Source: Minisyncoccota bacterium (lineage in GTDB: Bacteria; Patescibacteriota; Minisyncoccia; Phycocordibacterales; UBA9973). From it: a stretch of 64,000 nucleotides of DNA. Positions within the stretch are counted from its first letter, which is position 1. Every line of letters starts with the position of its first letter. The position numbers were made by a program, and so were the translations under genes. Positions 55,039 to 64,000 of this stretch are shown here, piece after piece. The DNA is taken from contig JBAYVZ010000001.1 of assembly GCA_041674285.1 (NCBI GenBank), forward strand, positions 85,732-149,731, written 5' to 3'. The notes below the pieces were generated by a model. The model searched no databases. It had not been told where the DNA came from and was given only the letters and a program-made list of their open reading frames with translations.

Positions 55039-56523
55039 ATGAATAAAAAAGAAAGAGTTCCCTTTTTAGGGAAGTTGTTCCGTCTGCCGGGTCAGATAGG
55101 ACCAGTTGTTATGGGTAAAGTACGAGATATTTATGATCTTGAAAATATCTTGGTGTTTGTCGTTAGCGACAGAATTTCTGCTTTTGATAAAAATTTACCC
55201 TTTGATGTAAAAAACAAGGGTACAATTTTAAATCAAATTGCGTGTTTAAATATGGAGCAAACAAAGGATATTATTCCCAATTCTTTGCTTTATTTTAATT
55301 CACGAATTGCTGTAATGGAAAAATGCGAGCCGTTCAAAGTTGAGTTTGTTTGGAGGCGTTACATGGAAGGTTCATACCACAGAGATATCTATTCAAAAGG
55401 TCAAAAAGATCCTTGGGGGTACGAATTATCTAAAGGAATTAGGTACCAGGAAAAATTGCCTGAATTAATGTTCACTCCAACGACAAAATCTCCTGATGGA
55501 ACTCACGATTTACCAATTTCTCTTGCTGAAATCCTTGAGCAAAAACTGATGAAAGAAGAGGAATACATTTATCTAAAAGAAAAATCAAGAAAATTATTCA
55601 TTAGAGGTGAGGAATTGGCTGACAAACAAGGTTTGATTCTTGTAGATACCAAGTATGAATTCGGCAAGAATCCAAAGGGTCATTTAAAGTTAATTGATGA
55701 GATCCACACACCAGATTCCAGTCGGTATTTTTACAAAGAAGGGTATGAGGCAAGATTCGCCGCCAGGGAAGATCAGAAACAATTATCAAAAGAATTTGTA
55801 AGGCAACATCTTATTTCATTGGGTTATCAGGGTGAAGAAGATCAAATTATGCCAGAATTTGATGGCGCCTTTATCCAGTCAGTAGAAGACAGATATCTAT
55901 TGCTCTACAGAGAGTACACAGGCAATGATTTATTTGATAATAATGCCATGGATAAGGAATCCGTTGCTAGGCAAATTTATAGATCTCTTGCTGATTACTA
56001 TGCTACTACCAGAGAGGTTGAAATCGGTATCATTATGGGAAGTGAGAGTGACTTACCTATTATGGAAAAAGCCGCAATGATTCTACTTGAAGCAGGGATA
56101 CCATTTAAAGTTGACATTGTTTCTGCGCATAGAACACCGCTCGACCTGAAACCTTATACAAAATATGCTGAAAAGAATGAATTTAAGGTAATTATAGCTG
56201 GTGCTGGTGGAGCTTCACATTTAGCTGGTATGGCCAAAGCTAATACGATTATTCCCGTTATCGGTGTACCAATTCAATCACCTAGCAATCAGCTTCAAGG
56301 TGACTCTCTTTCTTCTACTGTACAAATGCCTGAAGGCGTACCTGTTGCCACCGTTGCAATTAATGGAGCGGGGAATGCTGGAATATTGGCTCTTGAAATT
56401 TTAGCTACCAGCGATGATGGTGTGAAAAGTTACATGAAGAAATACAAGAAATCATTAATCAAAAAAGTTACCGGGATGCGTTCTCGGGTAAGAGAATTCT
56501 GGCCTTCTGTTTTTTCTAAATAA
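55039..56523 (+). CDS. bifunctional SAICAR synthetase (PurC) / N5-CAIR mutase-AIR carboxylase (PurE) fusion
   Basis: N-terminal PurC motifs (GKVRDIY, SDRISAFD, EFVWRRYMEGS); C-terminal PurE (EIGIIMGSESDLPIMEKAA...VSAHRTP...IIAGAGGASHLAGM). Confidence 0.85.
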   Translation: MNKKERVPFLGKLFRLPGQIGPVVMGKVRDIYDLENILVFVVSDRISAFDKNLPFDVKNKGTILNQIACLNMEQTKDIIPNSLLYFNSRIAVMEKCEPFKVEFVWRRYMEGSYHRDIYSKGQKDPWGYELSKGIRYQEKLPELMFTPTTKSPDGTHDLPISLAEILEQKLMKEEEYIYLKEKSRKLFIRGEELADKQGLILVDTKYEFGKNPKGHLKLIDEIHTPDSSRYFYKEGYEARFAAREDQKQLSKEFVRQHLISLGYQGEEDQIMPEFDGAFIQSVEDRYLLLYREYTGNDLFDNNAMDKESVARQIYRSLADYYATTREVEIGIIMGSESDLPIMEKAAMILLEAGIPFKVDIVSAHRTPLDLKPYTKYAEKNEFKVIIAGAGGASHLAGMAKANTIIPVIGVPIQSPSNQLQGDSLSSTVQMPEGVPVATVAINGAGNAGILALEILATSDDGVKSYMKKYKKSLIKKVTGMRSRVREFWPSVFSK

Positions 56524-56546
56524 AAAAGAATTTTAATAATTCAAAA

Positions 56547-56586
56547 GGCGTGCCTCGTTTAATTACGAGCTGCACGCCTTTTTTCT
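56547..56586 (+). terminator. rho-independent terminator
   Basis: GGCGTGC-CTCGT-TTAATT-ACGAG-CT-GCACGCC + TTTTTTC. Confidence 0.85.
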
Positions 56587-56639
56587 TTGTCATAAATAAT
56601 TTTTATGTTATCTTGTGTTTAAAATTCCAAAAAAAATAA

Positions 56640-57131
56640 ATGAATAAATTCAAAAAAACAGGCGTACTGCTATCGGGAGTGTTAGCGGTATTATTATTTT
56701 CATCATTAGGTTTGTCTGCTCAAAATACAAAAAGCAAGCAAAGTATCTCAGTTGATTATTCTGTTAAAGATTCCGTTGAAGCTTTAGAGAAAATCAGGGT
56801 TTCTATAAAAGAACACGAAAAGACAATAAATCTTTTAGAGTCAGAGTCTCAATCTCAAAATCTAAGACTACGGGATTACAATCTAAGGCGAGATTCAATA
56901 GGGATTCTTATCTCTGTATTGTCTACTCTGGACTCATCTTCTATGGATTTCAAAGTATTAGAAGCTGAAACTACTTATTTAATGTTGATGCTAGATTCTG
57001 AGCTTCTGCAGTTTGCCGAAGAAAAGATGGTGTTGAATAAAAAGATCGTTGTTGCAAATAATAGAACAATGTATCTATCTGGTAGAGAAAAGGCGCTTGT
57101 TGAGCATATTGATAAGTTCAAAAAGAAATAA
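56640..57131 (+). CDS. secreted coiled-coil protein, hypothetical
   Basis: Signal peptide TGVLLSGVLAVLLFSSLGLSAQ. Confidence 0.45.
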   Translation: MNKFKKTGVLLSGVLAVLLFSSLGLSAQNTKSKQSISVDYSVKDSVEALEKIRVSIKEHEKTINLLESESQSQNLRLRDYNLRRDSIGILISVLSTLDSSSMDFKVLEAETTYLMLMLDSELLQFAEEKMVLNKKIVVANNRTMYLSGREKALVEHIDKFKKK

Positions 57132-57302
57132 TTGTTCCTTCTAATCGTCTAAACGCACCTCGTACTCCGAGCTCTGCGTTTTTTCTTTTGCCTTATATCC
57201 AATATTTTGCCAAAATTAAAAATTTATGATATAGTACATGTATTAGTTCGCCATGAGGCGATTTTATTTTTAATTAATTACTTAAATAGTACGAAACAAT
57301 AT

Positions 57303-59111
57303 ATGGAGATCAGAAATATAGCGATTATAGCCCATGTGGACCATGGAAAAACAACCCTTACTGACGAGCTGATGAAGCAATGCGGTATGAATAACGAGGG
57401 TACTTCTATGGACTCAAATGCTCTCGAGCAAGAACGTGGAATCACTATCTACTCTAAAAATACCTCTGTAAACTACAAGGGTACAAAGATAAACATCGTG
57501 GACACACCAGGCCACGCGGACTTCGGATCTGAAGTTGAGCGTGTTCTTCGTGCTATCGACTCTGTTCTCCTTCTAGTTGATGCCCAAGAGGGTCCTATGC
57601 CACAGACTCGTTTCGTGTTGAAAAAGTCTCTAGAGCTAGGGTTAAAGCCTATCGTAGTGATCAACAAGATCGACAAACCAGCAGCCAATCCAGATCGTGT
57701 GCATGAAGAAGTACTAGAGCTTTTCCTAGAATTGGGTGCAAATGAAGAACAAATTGATTTCCATACTATATACGCTATCGGTCGCCAAGGAATAGCCAAG
57801 AAAAATCTGACAGATGATTCAAAGGATCTTACTCCACTATTGGATTTGATATTAGAGACTGTACCAGAAGCTTCAAAGAACGCTGAACTACCTTTTCAGG
57901 CTCAGGTATTTAATCTTGGCTATGATAACTTCCTAGGACGTCTAGCTATCGTACGTGCATACTCTGGTTCTATTAAAACTGGATCAAATATCTATGTAAA
58001 AAAAGAAGATGGACATGTTCGAACAACAAGAATAACAAAAATGTTCACATTTGAAGGAATCGTTCGAAAAGAAGCTGCAGAATTCTCAACTGGAGACATC
58101 GCTATTATCGCTGGTATCCCTGATGTATTCATCGGTGAGACTATTACTTTCGAGCCAGGTACAGAAGCCCTACCATCTATCCAGATCGATGAACCTACAA
58201 TCTCTCTGAACTTCCTCGTGAACGATTCACCATTTGCAGGTAAAGAAGGTAAATTTGTGACAAGTCGTCAAATTCGCGAACGCCTTGAAAAAGAATTGGA
58301 AATAAACGTCGGTCTAAAAGTAGACTGGGAGCGATCAGCAGAGCTAGATCGTGAAGGATTTACTGTGTACGGACGCGGAGAGTTACACATCGCTGTGCTC
58401 CTAGAAAATATGCGCCGTGAAGGATTTGAACTACAGGTCTCACAGCCACACGTAATCATCAAAGAAGAGAATGGTATGAAAGTAGAACCTTATGAAGAGG
58501 TGACTATCGATGTGCGTAATGAATTCTCTGGATCAGTTATCGAAAAGCTTACAGCTCGTCGTGGTCTGATTACTCATATGCATGAAAAAGAAGGTATAAC
58601 TCGTATATTGTTAGAAATACCTACTCGTGGAATTCTCGGTTACCGTGGACAGTTCGTTGTCGACACAAAAGGTGAGGGAATCCTCGCATCACGATTTATC
58701 GGATTCAAGGAATACGCAGGCGAGATAAAGAAGCGTGACGTAGGATCAATGACATCTATGGTAGCAGGTAAAGTAGTAGCATTCTCACTATGGACTCTAC
58801 AGGAACGAGGAATACTATATGTTGAGCACGGAGATGAAGTGTATGAAGGTATGGTTGTCGGTAACGTCACAAAGGGTGATGAGATGGCAGTCAATCCTAC
58901 AAAGGGTAAACAGCTTTCAAACATGCGTGCATCTGGTACTGACGAAGCAGTGAATGTAAAACCACCATTTAAGCTATCTATCGAGAGAGGTTTGGAGACT
59001 ATGTCAGACGATGAATACCTTGAAATTACACCTAAAAATGTTCGTTTGCGCAAGAAGTTTTTGACAGAACAAGACAGAATGAGAGCTAAAACAGCAGCTA
59101 CAAAGAAATAA
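57303..59111 (+). CDS. typA: translational GTPase TypA/BipA
   Basis: MEIRNIAIIAHVDHGKTTL (G1), DTPGH, NKID; EF-G-like domains, ~600 aa; start chosen at ATG 57303. Confidence 0.9.
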   Translation: MEIRNIAIIAHVDHGKTTLTDELMKQCGMNNEGTSMDSNALEQERGITIYSKNTSVNYKGTKINIVDTPGHADFGSEVERVLRAIDSVLLLVDAQEGPMPQTRFVLKKSLELGLKPIVVINKIDKPAANPDRVHEEVLELFLELGANEEQIDFHTIYAIGRQGIAKKNLTDDSKDLTPLLDLILETVPEASKNAELPFQAQVFNLGYDNFLGRLAIVRAYSGSIKTGSNIYVKKEDGHVRTTRITKMFTFEGIVRKEAAEFSTGDIAIIAGIPDVFIGETITFEPGTEALPSIQIDEPTISLNFLVNDSPFAGKEGKFVTSRQIRERLEKELEINVGLKVDWERSAELDREGFTVYGRGELHIAVLLENMRREGFELQVSQPHVIIKEENGMKVEPYEEVTIDVRNEFSGSVIEKLTARRGLITHMHEKEGITRILLEIPTRGILGYRGQFVVDTKGEGILASRFIGFKEYAGEIKKRDVGSMTSMVAGKVVAFSLWTLQERGILYVEHGDEVYEGMVVGNVTKGDEMAVNPTKGKQLSNMRASGTDEAVNVKPPFKLSIERGLETMSDDEYLEITPKNVRLRKKFLTEQDRMRAKTAATKK

Positions 59112-59257
59112 AAGACTTATAATACAAGGCTTTTGACAAATATTTGACTTTGTTTACTAATGATGATACTATAAATTTATAAATAAATTAAAATTAATTT
59201 TTAGATAGCGTCCCGTCTTTAAAGGACAATTACGTGACGTGATTCTGAGGAATCAAC

Positions 59258-60289
59258 ATGGCACAACCTATTACATTTAAACCAAAACAAGTTACAAAGC
59301 GTATGCTTTCTAATCTTCCTGATCGTGCATACGAAGTAGTCGTAAACCGTTTTGGTCTTACTGATGAAGCAGAAAGAAAGACACTAGAAGCAATCGGCAA
59401 GAAATACGGTATCACTCGTGAGCGAGTAAGACAGATTGAAAATTCTGCTCTTTCTATGATCCGAAAAGGTGATGCTTTCAAAAATGAAAATGCTGTCTTT
59501 GATGAGCTGAAAGTTTTGGTTCATGCGCTGGGTGCTATAGTGTCTGAAGATGAATTACTGGGTCATGTATCAAAAGATAAATTGACTCAAAACCACATAC
59601 ACCTTTACCTTACGCTAGGAGATGCTTTTACAAAGCACAAAGAAGACGATCATTTCAAGGCCCGCTGGAGTGTAGATGACGCTGTTGCTAACAAGGTTCA
59701 CCAGGCTATCCGAGATATCTATTCAAATCTTTCAGATAAAGATTTAGTTACAGAAGGTGATCTAGTATCAAAATTCCTAGACAACCTAAAGGACCTCTCA
59801 GAACAATACAAGAATGAAGAGATAGCTCGTCGCTGGATAAACATTTCAAAGCATATAGGCAAGAATCCTCTAGGTGAATGGGGTAAATCAAATTCTTCAG
59901 GCATCAAGACTCGTGGAATCAAAGATTATGCATTCCTAATGATGAGAAAGCATGGTTCACCTATGCACTTCCGCGAAGTAGCAAAATCAATAGCTGATAC
60001 TTTTAGTAAAAAATGTCATACAGCTACTTGTCACAATGAATTGATTAAAGATGACCGTTTTGTTCTTGTTGGACGTGGAATCTACGCTCTAAAAGAGTGG
60101 GGTTACAAGACTGGAGTTGTCCGTGATGTAATCCGTGAGCTCCTAAAAAAGAACGGCCCGATGACAAAAGAAGATATTGTAGACCAAGTTATGAAGGAGA
60201 GGTATCTAAAGAAAAATACAATCCTAGTAAATCTTCAAAATTCAAAATATTTTAAGAAAAACAAACAAGGTTTATATACCGTAGCATAA
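59258..60289 (+). CDS. sigma-70 region-4-like HTH protein fused to two HARE-HTH (RNAP-delta/Mrr_N-like) winged-helix domains
   Basis: N-terminus LSNLPDRAYEVVVNRFGL...TLEAIGKKYGITRERVRQIENSAL is sigma region-4.2-like; FVLVGRGIYALKEWGY and YFKKNKQGLYTVA are HARE-HTH signatures. Confidence 0.55.
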   Translation: MAQPITFKPKQVTKRMLSNLPDRAYEVVVNRFGLTDEAERKTLEAIGKKYGITRERVRQIENSALSMIRKGDAFKNENAVFDELKVLVHALGAIVSEDELLGHVSKDKLTQNHIHLYLTLGDAFTKHKEDDHFKARWSVDDAVANKVHQAIRDIYSNLSDKDLVTEGDLVSKFLDNLKDLSEQYKNEEIARRWINISKHIGKNPLGEWGKSNSSGIKTRGIKDYAFLMMRKHGSPMHFREVAKSIADTFSKKCHTATCHNELIKDDRFVLVGRGIYALKEWGYKTGVVRDVIRELLKKNGPMTKEDIVDQVMKERYLKKNTILVNLQNSKYFKKNKQGLYTVA

Positions 60290-60482
60290 TAAATACCCTC
60301 ACCATTTTGGTGGGGGTGTTTTGTTGTAGGAATATGTTATAATAATTTTATGTATCAAAAAGGTTTTACTACAATTATTATAATTATTGTTGGGATAGTT
60401 TTGGCTCTTGTTTTGATTGGTTATTATACTACACCAAAACTAGATACAGATTCATCTTACTTAGAATCAGTATCATAATGTC

Positions 60483-61793
60483 ATGCTTGAAACATTTTTA
60501 GCTACTCACAATTTTAGTGTAATTCAATTCTTGCTCGTCGGTATCGGGTATCTGATGCCTTTTCCTCTAGCTTTTGCTGCCTTTCATCTTTGGCATCACT
60601 ATAGACAAGAAAAATTTATCTCAGGTATCAAATGGATATTGCTCGAAGTCCAGGTTCCTCGCGAGATAAACAAAACCCCAGCTGCTATGGAGCTTATATT
60701 TTCAAATGCAATGTATCACCAGAGTATGAAAGGTTTCTGGGAAGAGTTCATCATAGGTGCGCCATGGCTATGGTTTTCACTCGAGATCGCATCTATCGAT
60801 GGTCAGGTGCATTTCTTTGTTCGTACTCCTTCTCGTATTCGCAATCTAGTAGAGACTCAGATATACGGTCAATATCCTCAAGCTAAAGTCATCGAAGTCG
60901 ATGATTATGTATTCCACGTGGATCAGTATAAAAAAGATGGTGATTGGTATATGTGGGGTTGTGAATTCATGAAAAAGCGTGAAGATTTTTTGCCCATCAA
61001 GACATGGAAGGATTTTGGGGATGATATGAAGACTGGTCAAAAAGAAGAATTCAAAATAGATCCCATCACTCCTACTATCGAATACCTTGGGTCACTTAAA
61101 AAAGGTCAGCAGTTATGGATGCAGATAATTATCCGTCAGAATATCAAGAAGTATCACAGTCATGTTACGGGGAAGCATGTGGGTTTCCAGGAGGCTTCTA
61201 TCGAATTTATTCACGAAATGCTAAAACCTTATACTAGAGCCCAGCAAAATGAAAAAGCTGATGGTAGCAAGGGTGACCTAGGTGCCGATGTGCGTACTCC
61301 AGACTTTTTAAAGCCTACAGTCAAGTCAATATCTGATGCTATGGTTCAGTTGCATTTCGATACGGGTATCCGTGTAGTCTGCTTGTCTCGTAAAGATTTG
61401 ATCTCTGAGGATGAATTCAATAATCTTCGTCGTAATGTTCGTCTTATATTCCGTCAGTTTTCCCAACCTGGTATAAATGAGCTGTGGCGTGTGAATTCTA
61501 CTCAATTTGACGCACCATGGTCCGACCCTACAGGTTTGGCTTTGACCAAGATGAAGAAAAGAATGCTTGATTACTATCGTTTGCGTATTATGTTCCACCC
61601 ACCGATACAATATGCTTTTGAGTATCCAAAATTGTTGAGCATATTCTTTCCCTCATATAGCCCCAAGGTCTTTGTTATGTCAGTACAAGAGCTATCTACT
61701 ATATTCCACTTCCCAGGCATGGTATCGGAGACTCCTTCATTCAAGCGCATCGAATCAAAGATCGCAAAGCCGCCGGCAAATCTTCCTTTATAA
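60483..61793 (+). CDS. hypothetical membrane-anchored protein
   Basis: N-terminal TM FSVIQFLLVGIGYLMPFPLAFAAF; 436 aa; no motif. Confidence 0.45.
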   Translation: MLETFLATHNFSVIQFLLVGIGYLMPFPLAFAAFHLWHHYRQEKFISGIKWILLEVQVPREINKTPAAMELIFSNAMYHQSMKGFWEEFIIGAPWLWFSLEIASIDGQVHFFVRTPSRIRNLVETQIYGQYPQAKVIEVDDYVFHVDQYKKDGDWYMWGCEFMKKREDFLPIKTWKDFGDDMKTGQKEEFKIDPITPTIEYLGSLKKGQQLWMQIIIRQNIKKYHSHVTGKHVGFQEASIEFIHEMLKPYTRAQQNEKADGSKGDLGADVRTPDFLKPTVKSISDAMVQLHFDTGIRVVCLSRKDLISEDEFNNLRRNVRLIFRQFSQPGINELWRVNSTQFDAPWSDPTGLALTKMKKRMLDYYRLRIMFHPPIQYAFEYPKLLSIFFPSYSPKVFVMSVQELSTIFHFPGMVSETPSFKRIESKIAKPPANLPL

Positions 61794-61799
61794 TTCTTT

Positions 61800-62711
61800 A
61801 TGGATATTACACCACCAGTACATCCAAATATAAAAATAAAATCAAAAATAAGAGCATATATAATTATATGCCTTATTTTTGTTTTTACTTTTACACTTTT
61901 TAGCCTAATATCTGCACCGTTTGGGTATATTCCGACAATAGTGCACATTAATCGCGGGGCGAATCTGAAATCAATCACAGAAGAATTTAAGGATAAAAAG
62001 ATTGTCAGATCTGCCTCAATGCTCCAGACTTTTGTATTGTTATTTCAGTCTGGTAAAGCGATACCTGTCGGGGACTACTATTTCAATGGTGAGCCAGTCT
62101 GGAGAGTCGGATACATGCTAGCACGTGGCGATCATCATATCGTACCTATACGAGTAACTTTCCCTGAGGGTTTGACCAACGAAGAGATGGCAAATGTATT
62201 GTCAAAAAAGATACCGTCTTTTGACACAGAAGAGTTTATTAGAATAACAAACGGGCAACAAGGTTACCTTTTCCCCGATACTTATTTCTTTTATCCAAAG
62301 ACTACACCAGATGAAGTAGTGGAGTCATTGCAGTCTAATTTTTCTAAAAAAATCAAGACAGTAGAATCAGAAATTGAAAAATCTGGGTACACAAAAAAAC
62401 AAATACTCACTATGGCGTCCATACTAGAGGGTGAGGCTCGTGGGGAAAATGATATAGATATGATATCTGGTATTTTGTGGAAAAGACTAAAAAGTGGTAT
62501 GTTACTCCAAGTTGATGTAGATAGGGGTACATACAGCAAAAAGGGATTACCTGCGTCACCGATTTCGAACCCTGGGATGTCTGCTATAAAATCAGCACTG
62601 AATCCAGTCAGTAGTTCCTACTTGTATTATTTACATGACAAAGAGGGTCAGGTGCACTATGCGGTGACATACACAGAGCATAAAAATAATATAAAGAAAT
62701 ATTTAAAATGA
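61800..62711 (+). CDS. mltG: endolytic murein transglycosylase MltG (YceG-like)
   Basis: N-terminal TM; YceG signature GLPASPISNPGMSAIKSALNPVSSSYLYYL. Confidence 0.8.
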   Translation: MDITPPVHPNIKIKSKIRAYIIICLIFVFTFTLFSLISAPFGYIPTIVHINRGANLKSITEEFKDKKIVRSASMLQTFVLLFQSGKAIPVGDYYFNGEPVWRVGYMLARGDHHIVPIRVTFPEGLTNEEMANVLSKKIPSFDTEEFIRITNGQQGYLFPDTYFFYPKTTPDEVVESLQSNFSKKIKTVESEIEKSGYTKKQILTMASILEGEARGENDIDMISGILWKRLKSGMLLQVDVDRGTYSKKGLPASPISNPGMSAIKSALNPVSSSYLYYLHDKEGQVHYAVTYTEHKNNIKKYLK

Positions 62712-63598
62712 TAATAATAAATCAAAAACAAAAAGATTATGAATTGGTGGATAGTGGCGGAGGTGAAAAACTCGAGCGATTTGGTGGTATCGTGATATCT
62801 CGCCCTGATCCCGAGGCTATCTGGAACAAGACTGATGAGCGCATTTGGGATGATGCACATCTTTACTATACTCGCCGTGGCAATAGCGGTCAGTGGCAGG
62901 TTGGCCGTGGCAAGACTGTGCCTAATTCTTGGAATATCGAATACGGAGATTTTACTTTTATAATCAAGCCTACATCATTCAAGCATATCGGTATTTTCCC
63001 TGAACAAAAAGCCCAATGGGAATGGATAAAAGATAAGTTGAAAGTAGAAAGTGAAAAGCTGAAAGATGATAAAAAGAAAGTCTTGAATCTTTTTGCATAT
63101 ACTGGTGGGGCTACACTTGCAGCTGCACGTGCAGGGGCCGAAGTTGTCCATGTGGATGCATCAAAGTCTGCCGTATCATGGGCTCGTGAGAATGCAGAGG
63201 TGTCAGGCCTCGCGGATGCACCTGTACGATGGATCGTGGACGATTGTATTGCATTCCTACGAAGAGAGATAAAGAGAGGAAATAGATATGATTGTATAAT
63301 CATGGACCCCCCAGCTTTTGGTCATGGTCCAAAGGATGAACTCTGGAAGATCGAGGAGCACTTTGCGGAGCTAATAGATCTGTGTCAGCAAGTACTATCT
63401 GAAAATCCAATAGCGATAATACTCAATGGTTATACAGCAGGGTACTCTGCTATCGCATATGCGAATATCTTGAAGGATATGATGGCAAATTATGATGGAA
63501 AGATAGAGAGTGGAGAACTAGCTATAGCCGAATCTGGCAGTGATAAGTTATTGCCTTGTGGTATTTTTGCAAGATGGGAGAGATCGAATTCGAAATAG
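62708..63598 (+). CDS. class I SAM-dependent RNA methyltransferase (RlmI/RlmK-like catalytic domain, no PUA)
   Basis: LNLFAYTGGATLAAARAGA..VVHVDASKSAV (motif I), IIMDPPAFG (motif IV). Confidence 0.75.
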   Translation: MIIINQKQKDYELVDSGGGEKLERFGGIVISRPDPEAIWNKTDERIWDDAHLYYTRRGNSGQWQVGRGKTVPNSWNIEYGDFTFIIKPTSFKHIGIFPEQKAQWEWIKDKLKVESEKLKDDKKKVLNLFAYTGGATLAAARAGAEVVHVDASKSAVSWARENAEVSGLADAPVRWIVDDCIAFLRREIKRGNRYDCIIMDPPAFGHGPKDELWKIEEHFAELIDLCQQVLSENPIAIILNGYTAGYSAIAYANILKDMMANYDGKIESGELAIAESGSDKLLPCGIFARWERSNSK

Positions 63599-63741
63599 CT
63601 CCTTTCAAAAAGCACGAATATTTTTTTGGTAAAAAATTTCTCTGCTCGTCGATCAAGAAAATAATATTCATAAACTCATTTATTTTCTAATCTCCTGTGC
63701 AAGACTTTTTTCAAGGACTATTTTAAATTCGATTTATTATT

Positions 63742-64000
63742 ATGAACAAACAAAAAACAGTATTTGTCGGTGTGAGTGGTGGGGTAGATAGCTCTGTATC
63801 TGCAGCATTACTAAAAGACCAAGGCTACAACGTAGTCGGGGTATTTATTCGTACATGGCAACCTGATTTTATAGAGTGTACTTGGCGAGATGAGCGCCGG
63901 GATGCTATGCGTGTATGTGCACATCTAGATATTCCGTTCCTGGAATGCGACGGTGAGGAGGCCTATAAAAAGGGTGTAGCAGATTATATGATCTCTGAAT
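63742..64000 (+). CDS. mnmA: tRNA-specific 2-thiouridylase MnmA, N-terminal fragment (3' truncated by window edge)
   Basis: PP-loop [18 protein letters not shown]; ...[21 protein letters not shown]. Confidence 0.85.
   Translation, partial: MNKQKTVFVGVSGGVDSSVSAALLKDQGYNVVGVFIRTWQPDFIECTWRDERRDAMRVCAHLDIPFLECDGEEAYKKGVADYMISE

Noticed and set aside
1-64000. Alternative genetic code (UGA=Gly, code 25) as seen in some CPR lineages
   Set aside because: Conserved genes (gyrA, mreB, ftsA, typA, priA, hsdR and others) translate to full-length, motif-complete proteins with the standard code and end at expected positions. No conserved gene requires read-through of an in-frame UGA. The two anomalies (ftsZ, ORF 8186) are a frameshift and a TAA, not UGA.

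Overview
This 64-kb window comes from an AT-rich bacterial chromosome, roughly one-third GC by eye with short GC-rich patches. The gene content suggests a reduced-genome Patescibacteria/CPR-like organism, which is my inference. Supporting signs: the standard genetic code (no in-frame UGA in conserved genes), compact genes, and many genes with a TATAAT box 6-10 nt upstream of the ATG, implying leaderless mRNAs. Further signs: many N-terminally membrane-anchored extracytoplasmic proteins, a run of VirB2/TrbC-like small two-TM paralogs, and a short four-domain ribosomal protein S1.

The left part (1.8-14.5 kb) is an accessory/defense island. It holds a type I restriction-modification operon, hsdR-fic-hsdM-[ABC-type ATPase + small ORF]-hsdS. 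The embedded ATPase carries a C-terminal HEPN-like RNxxxH motif and looks like a PrrC/RloC anticodon-nuclease-type module. Nuclease-like genes follow, then GC-anomalous small genes (an MGMT-domain protein, a GIY-YIG protein and others).

The rest is housekeeping: cspA, engB, lexA, a cyclophilin, rpsA, gyrA, trxB, ftsA-ftsZ, ybeY, rpsU, priA, mreB, holB, frr, rseP, a purC-purE fusion, typA, mltG and mnmA. Interspersed are surface/secretion-related genes, including a 1136-aa beta-helix/alpha-beta-hydrolase surface protein and a solute-binding protein.

The most unusual observations are:
- A ~128-nt structured leader occurs three times (18252, 31436, 34937). A 12-bp covarying stem CCCGTTAGANNN/NNNTCTAACGGG pairs a short uORF (M-S/N-P-V-R...) with the start-codon region of genes for membrane-anchored proteins.
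- A near-identical ~40-nt palindromic hairpin repeat family has 4 copies.
- A wHTH-Cas2-like orphan gene sits between two copies of that hairpin repeat.
- ftsZ is broken by a single-base indel in a G3/C3 homopolymer.
- tRNA-Val is preceded by two tandem 39-40-nt repeats of its own 5' end.
- A PurC-PurE fusion has the eukaryotic PAICS domain order.
- Two proteins carry RGG-rich low-complexity regions.

No CRISPR array, rRNA gene, integrase or transposase was recognised.
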